Part shown: positions 13,275 to 25,598 of the stretch, piece after piece
How positions within the stretch are numbered: position 1 is the first letter of the stretch
Layout of the letters: the number at the start of each line of letters is the position of its first letter
Source of the DNA: Octopus bimaculoides
Taxonomy: Eukaryota
Direction: 5' to 3'
Assembly (NCBI RefSeq): GCF_001194135.2
Contig: NC_068984.1
Location: 98,510,541 to 98,556,995 of the forward strand
Length of the DNA: 46,455 bases
Translations under genes and position numbers: made by a program
The notes under the pieces: generated by a model
What the model saw: the letters and a program-made list of their open reading frames with translations, nothing else
Databases searched by the model: none
What the model was told of the DNA's origin: nothing

Positions 13275-13835
13275 ATAAATTGGTCCAGAAGGTTTACAGA
13301 AAATGGCATGACAAAATTGCACATGTACACTGGGAGATGTGCAAGGGGTACAGGCCAGAATGGTATGAACACCAACCCTTATCAGTTGTTGAGAATGATG
13401 AGATAAAACTCACATGGGATATGACAATCTAAACAGATAAGAAGCTGCAATATAATTGACCAGATATAATCTTCTATGGAAAAAGACCAAAGAATAGATC
13501 TTCATTGACAAAGCGGCACCTGGAGATTAGAATATTGTGAAGATAGAGAACAAGGAAGTTGAAATTATATCAAGACTTGACATATGAAGTGAGACATTGA
13601 TAGAGCCACAAGGGTGAGTGTAATACCCATTAAGAATGGTGTACTTGGAAACATGTAAAAGAACACAAAATCTTGGTGTGAGAAAGTGGAACTACTAGAT
13701 ATCATTGGAAGTAGAAAGTTGGCAGCTTTACTAGAGACAGCATATGTGTTGAAGAAAGTATTACATTAATAAGCTATGTGAAGGATCTGTGACATGACAT
13801 AAGTAACCCAGAAGAACATTAAAACAGGAGAATCA
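13275..13835 (+). mobile_element. Decayed R4/Dong LINE 3' fragment (copy E)
   Basis: WHDKIAHVHWEMCKGY..EWYEHQPLSVVENDEIKLTWDMTI*TDKKL..PDII..FID.A.PGD; (AAT/GAT)n on both sides. Confidence 0.75.
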
Positions 13836-13846
13836 TAATAATAATA

Positions 13847-13902
<56 letters not shown>

Positions 13903-13922
13903 GGTGGTGGTGGTGGTGATGG

Positions 13923-13969
<47 letters not shown>
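13826..13969. repeat. Compound (AAT)(GAT)n(GGT)n(GAT)n microsatellite
   Basis: Direct inspection. Confidence 0.95.
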
Positions 13970-13971
<2 letters not shown>

Positions 13972-14424
13972 TCAGACAAAGAAGATGTGTTTAATTAATT
14001 GACATGAGTATTCCCTGCGATCATAATATAGCGGCAAAAGAATTTGACAAGATCAGTAAATATAAAGACTTGCTAATAGAAATTGAAAAAATGTGGCACC
14101 TCAAGGCGACTACCGTACCAGTGATTGTAGGATCTCTAGGAATGATAAAAAAAGGTACTGAAACCTATTTGAAAATGATACCAGGCTTACCATCCCTATA
14201 GGAAGTGCAAAAAATCGTGTTAACTGGAATGACTCATGTACTGAGAAGAGCATTATCGCTGTGAAAACAACATCCATTCATGAATTTTTTTAAAATACAT
14301 ATTTTACCTCTGAATTTGCGTGTGTAAACTGGGAATGCCTACAATGAGTTTCTCTGCCCTAGGTGTACGGAAAACACTCGGCGAGAAACGGAAGAAAATT
14401 TGAAGAAAGAAGAAAAAAAAAAAC

Positions 14425-14425
<1 letters not shown>
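13970..14425 (+). mobile_element. R4/Dong LINE 3' end (copy F)
   Basis: IDMSIPCDHNIAAKEFDKISKYKDLLIEIEKMWHLKATTVPVIVGSLG. (GAT)n on the 5' side; A-rich stretch then ~21x(ATA) on the 3' side. Confidence 0.88.
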
Positions 14426-14492
<67 letters not shown>

Positions 14493-14930
14493 TCTTTCTA
14501 TATCTCTACTATAGGTACGAGGTGTGAAATTTTGGGAGTGGGGCATAGTTCATTGCACTGACCCTAGTGCTCAGCTGGTATTTATTTTATCAATCCCAAA
14601 ATAAGGGAAGGCAAAGTTGACCTCGGCACAATTAGAACTTAGAATGTAAGCTAGAAGAAATGACTCTAAGCATTTTGTCCGGCATGCTAACAATTCTGCT
14701 TGCTTACCACCTTCACAATAATGATAATAATAATGATTTCAAATTTTGGCACAAGGTCAGCAAGTTCAGGGGTGGGGTTAAGTTGATTACATCGCGCCCA
14801 GTTCTGAACTGAAAGGATGAAAGGTAAAGTGAACCCTGGCAGAATTTGAACTCAGAAGGTAAAGATGGGCAAAATGCTTAGTGGCATTTTGCCCAGCATG
14901 CTAATGATTCTGCCAGCTCACTGTCTATAA
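14493..14930 (-). mobile_element. Two tandem SINE family B copies (about 14493-14712 and 14738-14930)
   Basis: Each has a gagctggcagaat-type head, ctgagttc/ctaagttc B-box region, ctttgccttcc/tttacctttcatcc core and an (ATT)n tail. Confidence 0.8.
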
Positions 14931-14953
14931 CAACAACAATAATAATAATAATA

Positions 14954-15463
14954 CTGGCAGTGTCTCGCATGGGAAGTGTTGTCATGTACATGTTTTGTCT
15001 TCGTGCAAAAGATGGGCCACAGCAAATATTCTGCTCAATACCACAGATCTGCTTGTCAGTTGCTTGACCTTAATCAGTTGAGCATGTCCCTTGGTGGCTG
15101 ATGATATGTGCATCTCTGATAATGAGCAGAAGTAGGGGGTGGGCATCATAGCCATGTGTTCAGAGGAATTATTTCGGGTTTGAATAATTCATCTCTGGAA
15201 ACATGGATGTTTCATTCAACATTTTTTAGCAAACCTTATTCTGGGACCTTTTAAGTGGGATGGACTACTCAGCCTGAAGAAAATTCTAACTGGGTCCCAC
15301 CTGCAAGGTCACACACTGTTTATCTTGATATGAGATCACCATGTCATGCACATATGGTTGTGATGCATGTGATGGGTGGTCGTGATGGGTTATGATGGGT
15401 ATATTAGGCTTTGTATATCTGTACCTCAGTGTCATTTTGATGGCATGTATTGCTCTCTCACTC
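14954..15463 (+). mobile_element. Unclassified ~0.5-kb non-coding interspersed element
   Basis: Reverse-complement match to 33398-33950 along its whole length; (AAT)n on both sides. Confidence 0.8.
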
Positions 15464-15481
15464 AATAATGATAATGATGAT

Positions 15482-15848
15482 TTCAAATTTTGGCACAAGG
15501 CCAGCAATTTTGGGGGAAAGGCTTTGTTGATTAAATCAACTCCAGTGTTCAACTGGTACTTATTTTATCGACTGTAAAGAGATGAAAGACAAAGTCAACC
15601 CTAGTGGCATTTGAGCCCTGAATTTAAAGATGGATGAAATGCTGCTAAACACTTTGCCTGGGGCACTAGCAATTCTGCCAGCTGGCTGCCTATGATAATA
15701 ATAATAATAAAGGTTTCAAATTTTTCCACAAGGGCAGCCATTTTGGGGGAGGGGATATGTCTATTATATCAACCCCAGTGTTCAACTGGTACTTAATTTA
15801 TCGACCCCGAAAGAATGAAAGGCAAGGTCAACTTCAGTGGAATTTGAA
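15482..15848 (-). mobile_element. Two tandem SINE family B copies (about 15482-15692 and 15716-15848)
   Basis: Same motifs, including ggggtcgataaattaagtaccagtt. Confidence 0.8.
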
Positions 15849-16254
15849 ATATAATAATAATAATAATAATAATTATAAATTCTTACATGTTTAGAAATTC
15901 TAAAGGTTATGTAGAAGGAATATGCAATTGCATTAACTCGAGTTCATGATAGGTACTTATTTTTGTTCTACACTATGCCACTCTTACCATAAAAATAACC
16001 TTTCGAAGTCGGGGATGGTGTTATATAGTTGATTAAATGAACCATAACATATCATTGTTACTTCTCTAATTAATCTCCAGAGAGAAAAAGGTGGAAAAAA
16101 AAACCTAAGAGAGGCTGGATTTGAAATCCTAATGTAAAGTAATTTAAGGAAACACCACAGCAAGGCCTTTTGTGTATGCTGTCCTATTGATTCTGCCTGA
16201 TGTTCCACTGATTGTGCCATCCACTGTCCTTTTCCTTCAGAATAATAATGCTAA

Positions 16255-16267
16255 TTAAACAACAACA

Positions 16268-16327
<60 letters not shown>

Positions 16328-17072
16328 GCTGCGCTGCTGCTACTGCTGCTGCTGCTGATGTGATGATGATGATGATGTTTTCTTTATTATATAATGTTTG
16401 ATAATAACAATAAATTCCAGAAAAAAATCCTGTGAAGTTGTAATACAATGATTTGAATATGATTAGTTTAAAAATACCACATATATTATATTTATACATA
16501 TGCACACACATACACACACATACACACATATATATACATATATATATGTTTTTGGCTGTATATATTTATATGTGGCTATATATATATGTATATATATATA
16601 TATTTATATATGGCTATATTTATATATATATATATATATGTACACACTGGCACACACATTTACTTATAAATGTAGTAAATACTGACTCAGTACTAATATT
16701 TCTCTTCAATGTGAGTTTTTCACAGTTTATGCATACATAGATATACATATATGCATACATATGTACACACATGTGTATGTATGTGTACATACATACATAT
16801 ATACATATATATATATACATATATACATATACATANNNNNNNNNNGTATATGTATGTATGTATATACACACAAGCACACACACACACACACACACACAAA
16901 CTCACATAAATGCATACGCACATACACTTATGCAGATGTATGTTTCTATGTATTCAATTATTTATACATATATTTTATTGTAAAATAAAATGAGATTTTT
17001 ATGACCCTTGATTTCGATTAAATATATATGCGTGTGTATGAATATAATACACAATCACACAAGTACGCACAT

Positions 17073-17113
<41 letters not shown>

Positions 17114-17151
17114 CATGTGCACATATATGTATACAAATACATAAATGTGTG

Positions 17152-17182
<31 letters not shown>

Positions 17183-18153
17183 TTGAAAATTATCACAGGA
17201 AATTTACCAAAGTTGGCACAGGTTTAGTAATAGATGGGTAGGGAACAACAATATAAAGAATAATGCCAAACCGTTTTATATTGATTAGGATTCAGTCAAG
17301 CTTTTCACAAGATATACATGAATCAGGTGAATCAAAGACAGTGGGGTGGTAGTGGAGAGTGATGGGAAATGGTAAAGTTTTGATAGAATTTATTAGAGTG
17401 GTTTTTTTTTTTTTGGTATTTTCTCTTTGATGATTATGATGATGATGGTGAAGGGAATGAAGATAATGATGGTGATGTTGTTGATGATGGTTATGGTGGT
17501 AGTGGTGATGTTGGTGAGGGCATGGTGATGGTGGTGGTGGTGGTGGTGGTGGTGAGGATGATGATGAAGATGATGGTAATGATGATGACATCAAAGGAAA
17601 TAGATTTAAAATTGTTTTTTTTTATNNNNNNNNNNNNNNNNNNNNNNNNNNNNNNNNNNNNNNNNNNNNNNNNNNNNNNNNNNNNNNNNNNNNNNNNNNN
17701 NNNNNNNNNNNNNNNNNNNNNNNNNNNNNNNNNNNNNNNNNNNNNNNNNNNNNNNNNNNNNNNNNNNNNNNNNNNNNNNNNNNNNNNNNNNNNNNNNNNN
17801 NNNNNNNNNNNNNNNNNNNNNNNNNNNNNNNNNNNNNNNNNNNNNNNNNNNNNNNNNNNNNNNNNNNNNNNNNNNNNNNNNNNNNNNNNNNNNNNNNNNN
17901 NNNNNNNNNNNNNNNNNNNNNNNNNNNNNNNNNNNNNNNNNNNNNNNNNNNNNNNNNNNNNNNNNNNNNNNNNNNNNNNNNNNNNNNNNNNNNNNNNNNN
18001 NNNNNNNNNNNNNNNNNNNNNNNNNNNNNNNNNNNNNNNNNNNNNNNNNNNNNNNNNNNNNNNNNNNNNNNNNNNNNNNNNNNNNNNNNNNNNNNNNNNN
18101 NNNNNNNNNNNNNNNNNNNNNNNNNNNNNNNNNNNNNNNNNNNNNNNNNNNNN

Positions 18154-18191
<38 letters not shown>

Positions 18192-18215
18192 CACACATAT
18201 ATATATGCATAAATA

Positions 18216-18257
<42 letters not shown>

Positions 18258-18660
18258 TATTTATACACAGACACATACACACAGATGTCTATGTGTACAC
18301 ATACAATTATATACAACCACATAAAGTAATTTTTCATAGTTTTTTTCCTTTTAATCAAAATTTGTACTGTTGATTTTAAGCATGCACACACACACATATA
18401 CTTATATATTGTGTGTGTATATATATATGAAATTATACATATCCCTTGATACAATCATAGACTTATTTATGCATACAGATATTTATGTGGATTCACACAT
18501 TTCTTTTAATCCAAATGTAGATTTTTTATTATATTAAACACATTCCTCTAAGCATAGAAAATTACATACACACATATCATATTTGTATAAATATATACAT
18601 AAATATATCTGTCTGTTTGTCTACCTTTCTATCTATCCGTATGTGTGTGTATGTGTCATC
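16255..18660. repeat. Microsatellite field: (CTA)n, (TA)/(CA)/(TACA)n and (GAT/GGT)n with gaps
   Basis: Direct inspection. Confidence 0.9.
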
Positions 18661-18661
18661 A

Positions 18662-19340
18662 TGATTATGATCATCATCACTATCACCATCATTTAACATC
18701 CATTTTTCCATGGTTCTATGCAATGGACGGTCTTCTACCGTGCAACCTCCCACTATTTGTTGCATACCCTTGTCATCTTTTGTGCAGTTCAACTCTGTGA
18801 AATCTGCTTTAACCCCTTCTTTCTATGTTTTCCCTCAGCTGCAGGCTTCTCACTTGGATCATTTGTTACTTGTTTACTTAAAAGACATCCTCCATACACA
18901 TCACATGTCCATAACAGTGCAGTCTTTTCTCTGGCACACTACAATTCATTCCGCTTATAAATGGTTTTTCCCTCAGCCCATTTGTATTCTCTCAGCATTT
19001 TACACCAGTCTTACACATCAACCCAAGTATAGTCATCTCCTTTCTTTCCACTCTTTCTGCAGCTTCCACATTTAAGATCTGTTTTACTAGCACATTGCAT
19101 ACACATTCATCATAAGCTTAGCCCTTCAATCAGAGAGAGAAAAGTTTTACTTCTAGCTGAGATAATTCCCAAACATCTTTTACCTTGGTTTTACTCGAAT
19201 TCCTATGCTTTGGAACACCCATCTCCACAGCTGATTTGCTTGACAAGTAAATAGAAGTTAGCAACTTATTCCTTCCAGGTTTGTGAAAAAAATCATTCCA
19301 TGAGTGCTTTGGTTGCTAACTATTCCTATGAAGTATAAGC
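18662..19340 (-). mobile_element. Decayed RTE-clade LINE 3' fragment
   Basis: Remnants KLFSL*LKG*AYDECVCNVL and RLHCYGHVM; ends catggaaaaatggatgttaaat(GAT)n. Confidence 0.65.
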
Positions 19341-19449
19341 AGTCTTCCTAGACCTGCCTATTACTCTGCACCATCTCATTTGCATCCATAATATAAATTG
19401 AGTACAAAGTGTAGAGTTTCTACCAACAAATTTTATACATATAGCAACA

Positions 19450-19940
<491 letters not shown>

Positions 19941-20087
19941 AAAAAAAAAATGGAGCAGGGCCACTTTTTCCGGATAGCAGTAAAGTTCTTTTGAACCTGA
20001 CTACTATCTTGGGAAGACTTTTGTCCTTGCTAGATTTACTTTTAGATAGCATGATTCAGCCAATATATGTTTATATATATGTATGTA

Positions 20088-21117
20088 TGTGTCATCCATT
20101 TTTGATTATTATAAATCTTCCACTGAGGAGGGAGCCAGTTTCCAACAAAGATACAAGGCTCCATCTTTGGGATGTAGTTAACACAGACAAATTCACATTT
20201 GGAACTTGAGAAAAGTCTTGCATATTTTTACTGTTCCACTTGTAATGTACAAGTAGCCAGTCGATTTCTCTTTCTGAAAATCCCAGTTTATCCAGATTCT
20301 CCTTTAAGCATTTACTAACAAAACTAAGTGCTCCAATTATTATTGGTATGAGTATGTATTCATAGTCCAGATATAGATGCTGGAGGTTTTGAAGCAGTTG
20401 TCCATAGATATCTGCTTTTTCTTTGATTTTCAAAGGAATATTTATATCTGCAGAGCAGCTGATCTCTATAACAGTACATTCCTTTGTCCCTCTGTTCCAA
20501 ACAACAATATCCAGCCTGTTATGTTTACATTTGTCAGAAGTTTTGATGAGAATATTCCACCAGTATTCTTTGAGTCGGTGATTATGACTGTATTGCATAG
20601 CAAATGTATTTTCTAGGTTTATTTCTGGACAGTCTTTTTTGTGGATGGCATTGTAAACCGTTTTAGCAACATTGTGCAGCATAGGGAGGTAGTACCATGA
20701 TGACATTTTAGGACAGCTGCTAATCACATGTGTGATGTCTTCCACAGAAACATGACATAGCCTACACATGCAGTTGCACCTTGGGATTGCAAGAATGTCA
20801 CTGTCTTTCTTGTTCACCAGGTATTTTGTGGCAATCTCCTGCTCCAGGATTGCAAACATATAGCCTTCAAAGTGTAATGTGACGTAATGGTCTTGTGTCC
20901 AAGAGAGGCTGCACTTCATGTCAATTCTACTGTCTTTTTCAAGCTTCCAGGCAACATACCCATGCATAGTCTTTTTTTGTATGCTGAGTGCTTTCCATCC
21001 AAGTCTTCTCTGAGGTAAGAGAGCCCAGCTGTTTTGGGGCTGTATTGGAGATCATCAGGGAGAGAGTACTTTTTTAGGAGCTTACTGCCAACTTGTACAA
21101 TGTTGCTCATTTCACTT
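20088..21117 (-). mobile_element. R4-type RLE LINE of a second subfamily, 3' fragment with a 291-aa open frame (copy G)
   Basis: CRLCHVSVEDITHVISSC, EYWWNILIKT..HNRLDIVVW..VIEISC..KIKEKADIY..PIIIGALS; (CATA)n at both junctions. Confidence 0.9.
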
Positions 21118-21143
21118 TGTATGTATGTATGTCTGTATGTATA

Positions 21144-22373
21144 CAGGGGTTGGAAAAAATAATGGAAACACCTTAAAATTTCAAACAAATTTATTTTGGT
21201 ATGGAGTAGGACCACCTTTGGCAGTAATTGCAGCTTGAATTCTATGAGGTGTGGACTTGTACAAAGTTTGAATTGTTTCCAAAGGAATTTTTGTCCATTC
21301 TTCAACTAAAACAGTCTCCAGTTCTTGTGAGTGATGATGATGGAGGATATCGACTCCTTACTTGTTTTTCTAAATGTTCATTAATATTGAGATCTGGGGA
21401 CTGTGGTGGCCAGATAAGATGTTCAACTTCGCTAGAATGTTCCTTGTGCCATTCAGTAACAAATTTAGCTGTGTGAATTGGTGCATTATCATCCTGAAAG
21501 ATTGCGTTTTTCTTCCGGAAGCAGTTTCGCAACCATAGGATGAATTTGATAAGATAAAATGCTTAAAAAGTCTTGACTATTAATTCTTCCATGAAGGGAA
21601 ACCATTGGGCCAGCGGATTTCCAAGATATAGCCCCCCCGCCAGATCATCACAGATCCTCCTTCATGTTTAACAGTTGGAAGTAGGCAGTCTGGGCCAAAT
21701 GCTTCTTTTGGCTGTCTCCACACGTATACTCGGCTGGTGGTTGGAAATAAAGTAAAGGATGACTTGTCCAAGAAAATAACATTCTTCCACTGCTCTAGGG
21801 ACCAATTCTAAATGCTTTGTAATGTTTGCTTTTGAAAGTAGTGATTTTCTGATTGCAGCCCTCCTGTGAAATCCAGCTTTGTGCAGCTCCTGGCAAACAG
21901 TTTTTGTGGAAACTGGGTTCTCGAGGTAGTCATTAAGCTCTGCAGTAATTTTGGGAGCTGTACTTTTATGATCCTTTCTTACAATTCACGTAAGAGTCTG
22001 ATGGTCCCTATCTGAAAGTTTTGGTTTCCTTCCGGAGTTTTGTTTCAACAAGGAGGTTCTTCCGTCTTTCTCAAAGGCTGTCATTACTTTCAAGACATTA
22101 CTTCTTGATACACCAAACATTTCGGCTGTTTTTGTTATGCTAGCACCTGCCATACAAGCACCAATAATTTGACCGCTTTGAAATTCTGATAGATCTGTCG
22201 TTTTAATGAATTTTAATTACCGTTTGCTGATGATATCTGAAAAGAAACAGCAATTTTAGCAAAACATATTAAGCAACACTAATAAATAAAAAACATAAAA
22301 ATAAATAAGCTTTTGATGGTTTTATAGATATTTCAAAATTATGATGCTTTTCCATTATTTTGTCCAACCCCTG
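21144..22373 (-). mobile_element. Full-length (1230 bp) Tc1/mariner DNA transposon, DD36E (Incomer-like), transposase disrupted
   Basis: 25-bp TIRs caggggttgga(a/c)aaaataatggaaa; TA duplication at 21142-43 and 22374-75; QWKNVIFLDKSSF, FQDDNAP and WPPQSPDLNINEHL; 36 residues between the second D and the E. Confidence 0.92.
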
Positions 22374-22375
22374 TA

Positions 22376-22760
22376 TGTGTAGATTTGTATGCTTTGTTTT
22401 ATGCATTTCTTCTCATGCATATACTTGTATATCTAGACATCCTCATATATATCTAAATAACAAACTTCTGGGAAGCTTTACAAATTTTTACAGTTCCAGT
22501 GAGGGACTGGATCTGTAATCTTCGAATTAGCTTTCTCCTTTCTGTTTTTGAGAAGCCTAATTTCTCAAGATTGGCATTTAGGCAGTGTGTTACATATCCC
22601 AGGGCCCCAATAATTACAGGTATAAACCAGAACTTGTAGTCTGGATAGAGTAACTGCAGATTTCTCAATAGTTTAGTGCAGGTATTCTCTTTTTCACTGA
22701 TCTTCAGCTTTATGTTAACATCTGCTGGGCAGCTAATTTCCACAACTGTACAGTCTCTCT
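22376..22760 (-). mobile_element. Second-subfamily R4 LINE 3' end (copy H); its 3' UTR is split by the Tc1 element
   Basis: VEISCPADVNIKLKISEKENT..FIPVIIGALGYVTHCL. UTR matches 37560-37660, and its (CATA)n continues at 21118-21143. Confidence 0.88.
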
Positions 22761-23414
22761 TCTCTATCTATGCACCTTTTATTCATAGCTATATTTTACT
22801 TTATTCTCTCTGAAGTTCAATATTTCTTTAAAAGTACAACAAGTGAAATTTATTTAGGGCTGGAGCTATTATATTATTTCATGTTTAGGAAGGCCAGCAT
22901 TTAATAGGGTTGAATATTTATTTGATGGACTCACAAATATCTGAAAGCAAGCATTTCAAAATAACAACTGTGAAGTATAGTTGTCTCAACTTTTATATGT
23001 GAAGAAGTTTATTCAAGAACATCAAAATACAAAAAATTTTCTGTCCAAAGCAAAAGCAAGCTATTTCAAATTTTAGATTTTTGAAAAATAAATGTGAATG
23101 TTCTCAAAGGCTTGATAACAATTGAAAAAGCCATTTTTAAATTCTATATTTCACTGTAGCTGTTGTAATATTTGGACTGGATAGACAATTCTACAATTCA
23201 AACTGTAAAGTCAAAATGCCAAAGATGCAAAATATGAAGAATTTCTTACCTTTCTCTGAAATCATAAATTCAAGGGAAAATAGTACCTTGCAAAATAAAA
23301 TACCTCGATCACAAACTAGTTACAACTGAAGAATTGAGATGTTTGGTGATAGTGAACAAACAATATCTGTATCCCTATATATGTACATAGATAGATACAT
23401 ATATACACAAAAAC

Positions 23415-23453
<39 letters not shown>

Positions 23454-23539
23454 CATGCCTTGTTTTTGGTGCGGAAAGAATTTTGTCTCCAGTTTTTATT
23501 GCCTTAGGAAGTCAAAGGCCACTGTTCTGGGTACAAAGT

Positions 23540-23560
23540 GACCAGCTTTTCAACAATGTC

Positions 23561-23596
<36 letters not shown>

Positions 23597-23617
23597 GATG
23601 TTGTTGAAAAGCTGGTC
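23540..23617. repeat. 78-nt hairpin with a (TA)n centre
   Basis: gaccagcttttcaacaa is perfectly inverted at 23601-23617, and pairing continues through two G.U positions into the (TA)n. Confidence 0.85.
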
Positions 23618-23927
23618 TGTTTATATNNNNNNNNNNNNNNNNNNNNNNNNNNNNNNNNNNNNNNNNNNNNNNNNNNNNNNNNNNNNNNNNNNNNNNNNNN
23701 NNNNNNNNNNNNNNNNNNNNNNNNNNNNNNNNNNNNNNNNNNNNNNNNNNNNNNNNNNNNNNNNNNNNNNNNNNNNNNNNNNNNNNNNNNNNNNNNNNNN
23801 NNNNNNNNNNNNNNNNNNNNNNNNNNNNNNNNNNNNNNNNNNNNNNNNNNNNNNNNNNNNNNNNNNNNNNNNNNNNNNNNNNNNNNNNNNNNNNNNNNNN
23901 NNNNNNNNNNNNNNNNNNNNNNNNNNN

Positions 23928-23982
<55 letters not shown>

Positions 23983-24702
23983 CGAAGAGAGCAAGAGACT
24001 AAGAGATGTGTGTGTGTACATCTATCTATCTGTCTGTCTTCTGTCTGTCTTCTGTCTGCCCGTCTGAGCTGGCCAAACCCTTGTAAATGGATTTGGTGGA
24101 CAGAAACAGAAGAAAGACTGTCGTATGTATGTATGAATGTGTGTACGTATGCCTGTGTGTGTATGTCTGTATGTATGTATGTATAAGTATACATCCCCAC
24201 CTTTCATCACCATTGCTTCTTTTTCTCATCTTTTCTATTGAAGTTGTTCTTATTTTCATTCTTTAGATTTCTTTCATTTTTCTTTCATCTCTCTAGGGAA
24301 TCCGTTGACAAGCTTTTTTTCATTTACTTTTTTCGTTTCTTTTAAATTTATTTACAGTAAACCCTCGTATTTTTTTCCTTGTCTAGCTTGAAATTTTCAA
24401 TTAACATCTTAACCAAAGTAAATAGATGGCTCATCCATGTACTTTGATCTTAACATGAGCCCCCTCAACCACAGAGGCATCCTGTGAACACAGGGGTTGC
24501 AGGGGCTTAACAACAGCCCTGGTGTGTGCATGTGGAATGACTTACACTTATGAGTGTACATGTTACCATAGAACACGGGTGTGAATGTTTCATTATTGCT
24601 TATGTGCAGGCATATGAATTCCATATGCATATGTGACTGTGTGCATATGTTCACCCAGGTATTTCAAATGGAGAAACCCTGTAATATTTTACAAATTTCC
24701 AC

Positions 24703-24761
24703 TAGGGTTGGGGATGTTAGGGCTAGGGTTAGGGTGAGGATTGCTAAGGATAGGGTAAGGG
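24703..24761 (+). repeat. Degenerate TTAGGG-like tract
   Basis: tagggttggggatgttagggctagggttagggtgagg..atagggtaaggg. Confidence 0.55.
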
Positions 24762-24837
24762 TCTTCTACTGTAGCCTCAGGTCAACTAATGTCTTGTAAG
24801 TGGATTTGATAGAGGGAAACTGAAATAAGCCTGTCAT

Positions 24838-25040
24838 ATATGTATGTATGTCATTATTCAGTTTCATTTCAAGATTTCTTGCCAATAGAGAAAGAGCTGG
24901 TTTATAACCTTGATCCAAGGCTCCTTCATTGGAATTTCAACAGCATCAGCAGGGTATTTTTGTATATATGTATGTATATGTGCAGATTTGTATGTTTTTT
25001 TTTTTTTGTATTTTCATGCATATAGTTACATATGTATGTA
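24838..25040 (-). mobile_element. Solo 3' UTR of the second R4 subfamily (copy I)
   Basis: Matches the 3' UTR of copy K (gtatgtatgtcatt.ttcagttt..tttcaagattt...cagggtat) and ends in (CATA)n. Confidence 0.65.
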
Positions 25041-25494
25041 TGTGCGTGTGTGTGTGTGTGCATGTGTGCGTGTGGTGTGTGTGTGCGTGTGTGTGTGTGT
25101 GTGTGCGTGCGTATGCATGCACACATATGTGTTTATGTGTGTACTACTGTCTTGTTGCCTTGACAACATGTGATAGATGTGTCATTGTCGTGCATGCAAT
25201 TCCCTTCATTTCTAATCTTCCATGTCTGGCTGTGAGGAAATATTACCTTACTTGGTAACAGGTGAGGATTGGTGACAAGAAGTGTAGCTGACTGTAGAAA
25301 ACCCACCTTAGCAAATTCTGTCCAACCCCCTGTGGAAAAGTGGATATTAAAGCAATGATGACAATCACACACACACACAGACACACACACACACACATGC
25401 ATGCATGTGTGCACGTATGCACACACACACACATGCACGCACACACACACACACACACACACACATTAAGAAGATCTTTGTCTACCTTTGATAG

Positions 25495-25598
25495 AACTAC
25501 AGAGAAAATTCCTGAGCTTGCAGCAACAGTTGAAAGACATCAGTGAGAAACATGAAAAAGAGAGAAAGCAGAGGAAACAGTTACACAATGACTTGATG
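25495..25598 (+). CDS. Internal coding exon, coiled coil leading into a kinesin-14 neck (KIFC3/KIF25-like)
   Basis: Acceptor acctttgatag|AA, donor ATG|GTAAAG. 104 nt, phase 1 in and phase 0 out: (E)LQRKFLSLQQQLKDISEKHEKERKQRKQLHNDLM. The E..RK.LHN.L pattern normally precedes ELRGNIRV in C-terminal-motor kinesins. That next exon was not found, so the family call is inferred. Confidence 0.72.

Noticed and set aside
16453-18454. Long YI/HT/CV/poly-X ORFs (also 23339-24259, 36196-36495, 37580-39462, 41545-42348)
   Set aside because: Dinucleotide and tetranucleotide microsatellites and N-runs that simply lack stop codons.
23240-23300. Strong - strand donor AAAG|GTAAGA with a short upstream frame
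   Set aside because: Isolated, with no phase-compatible partner exon or homology.
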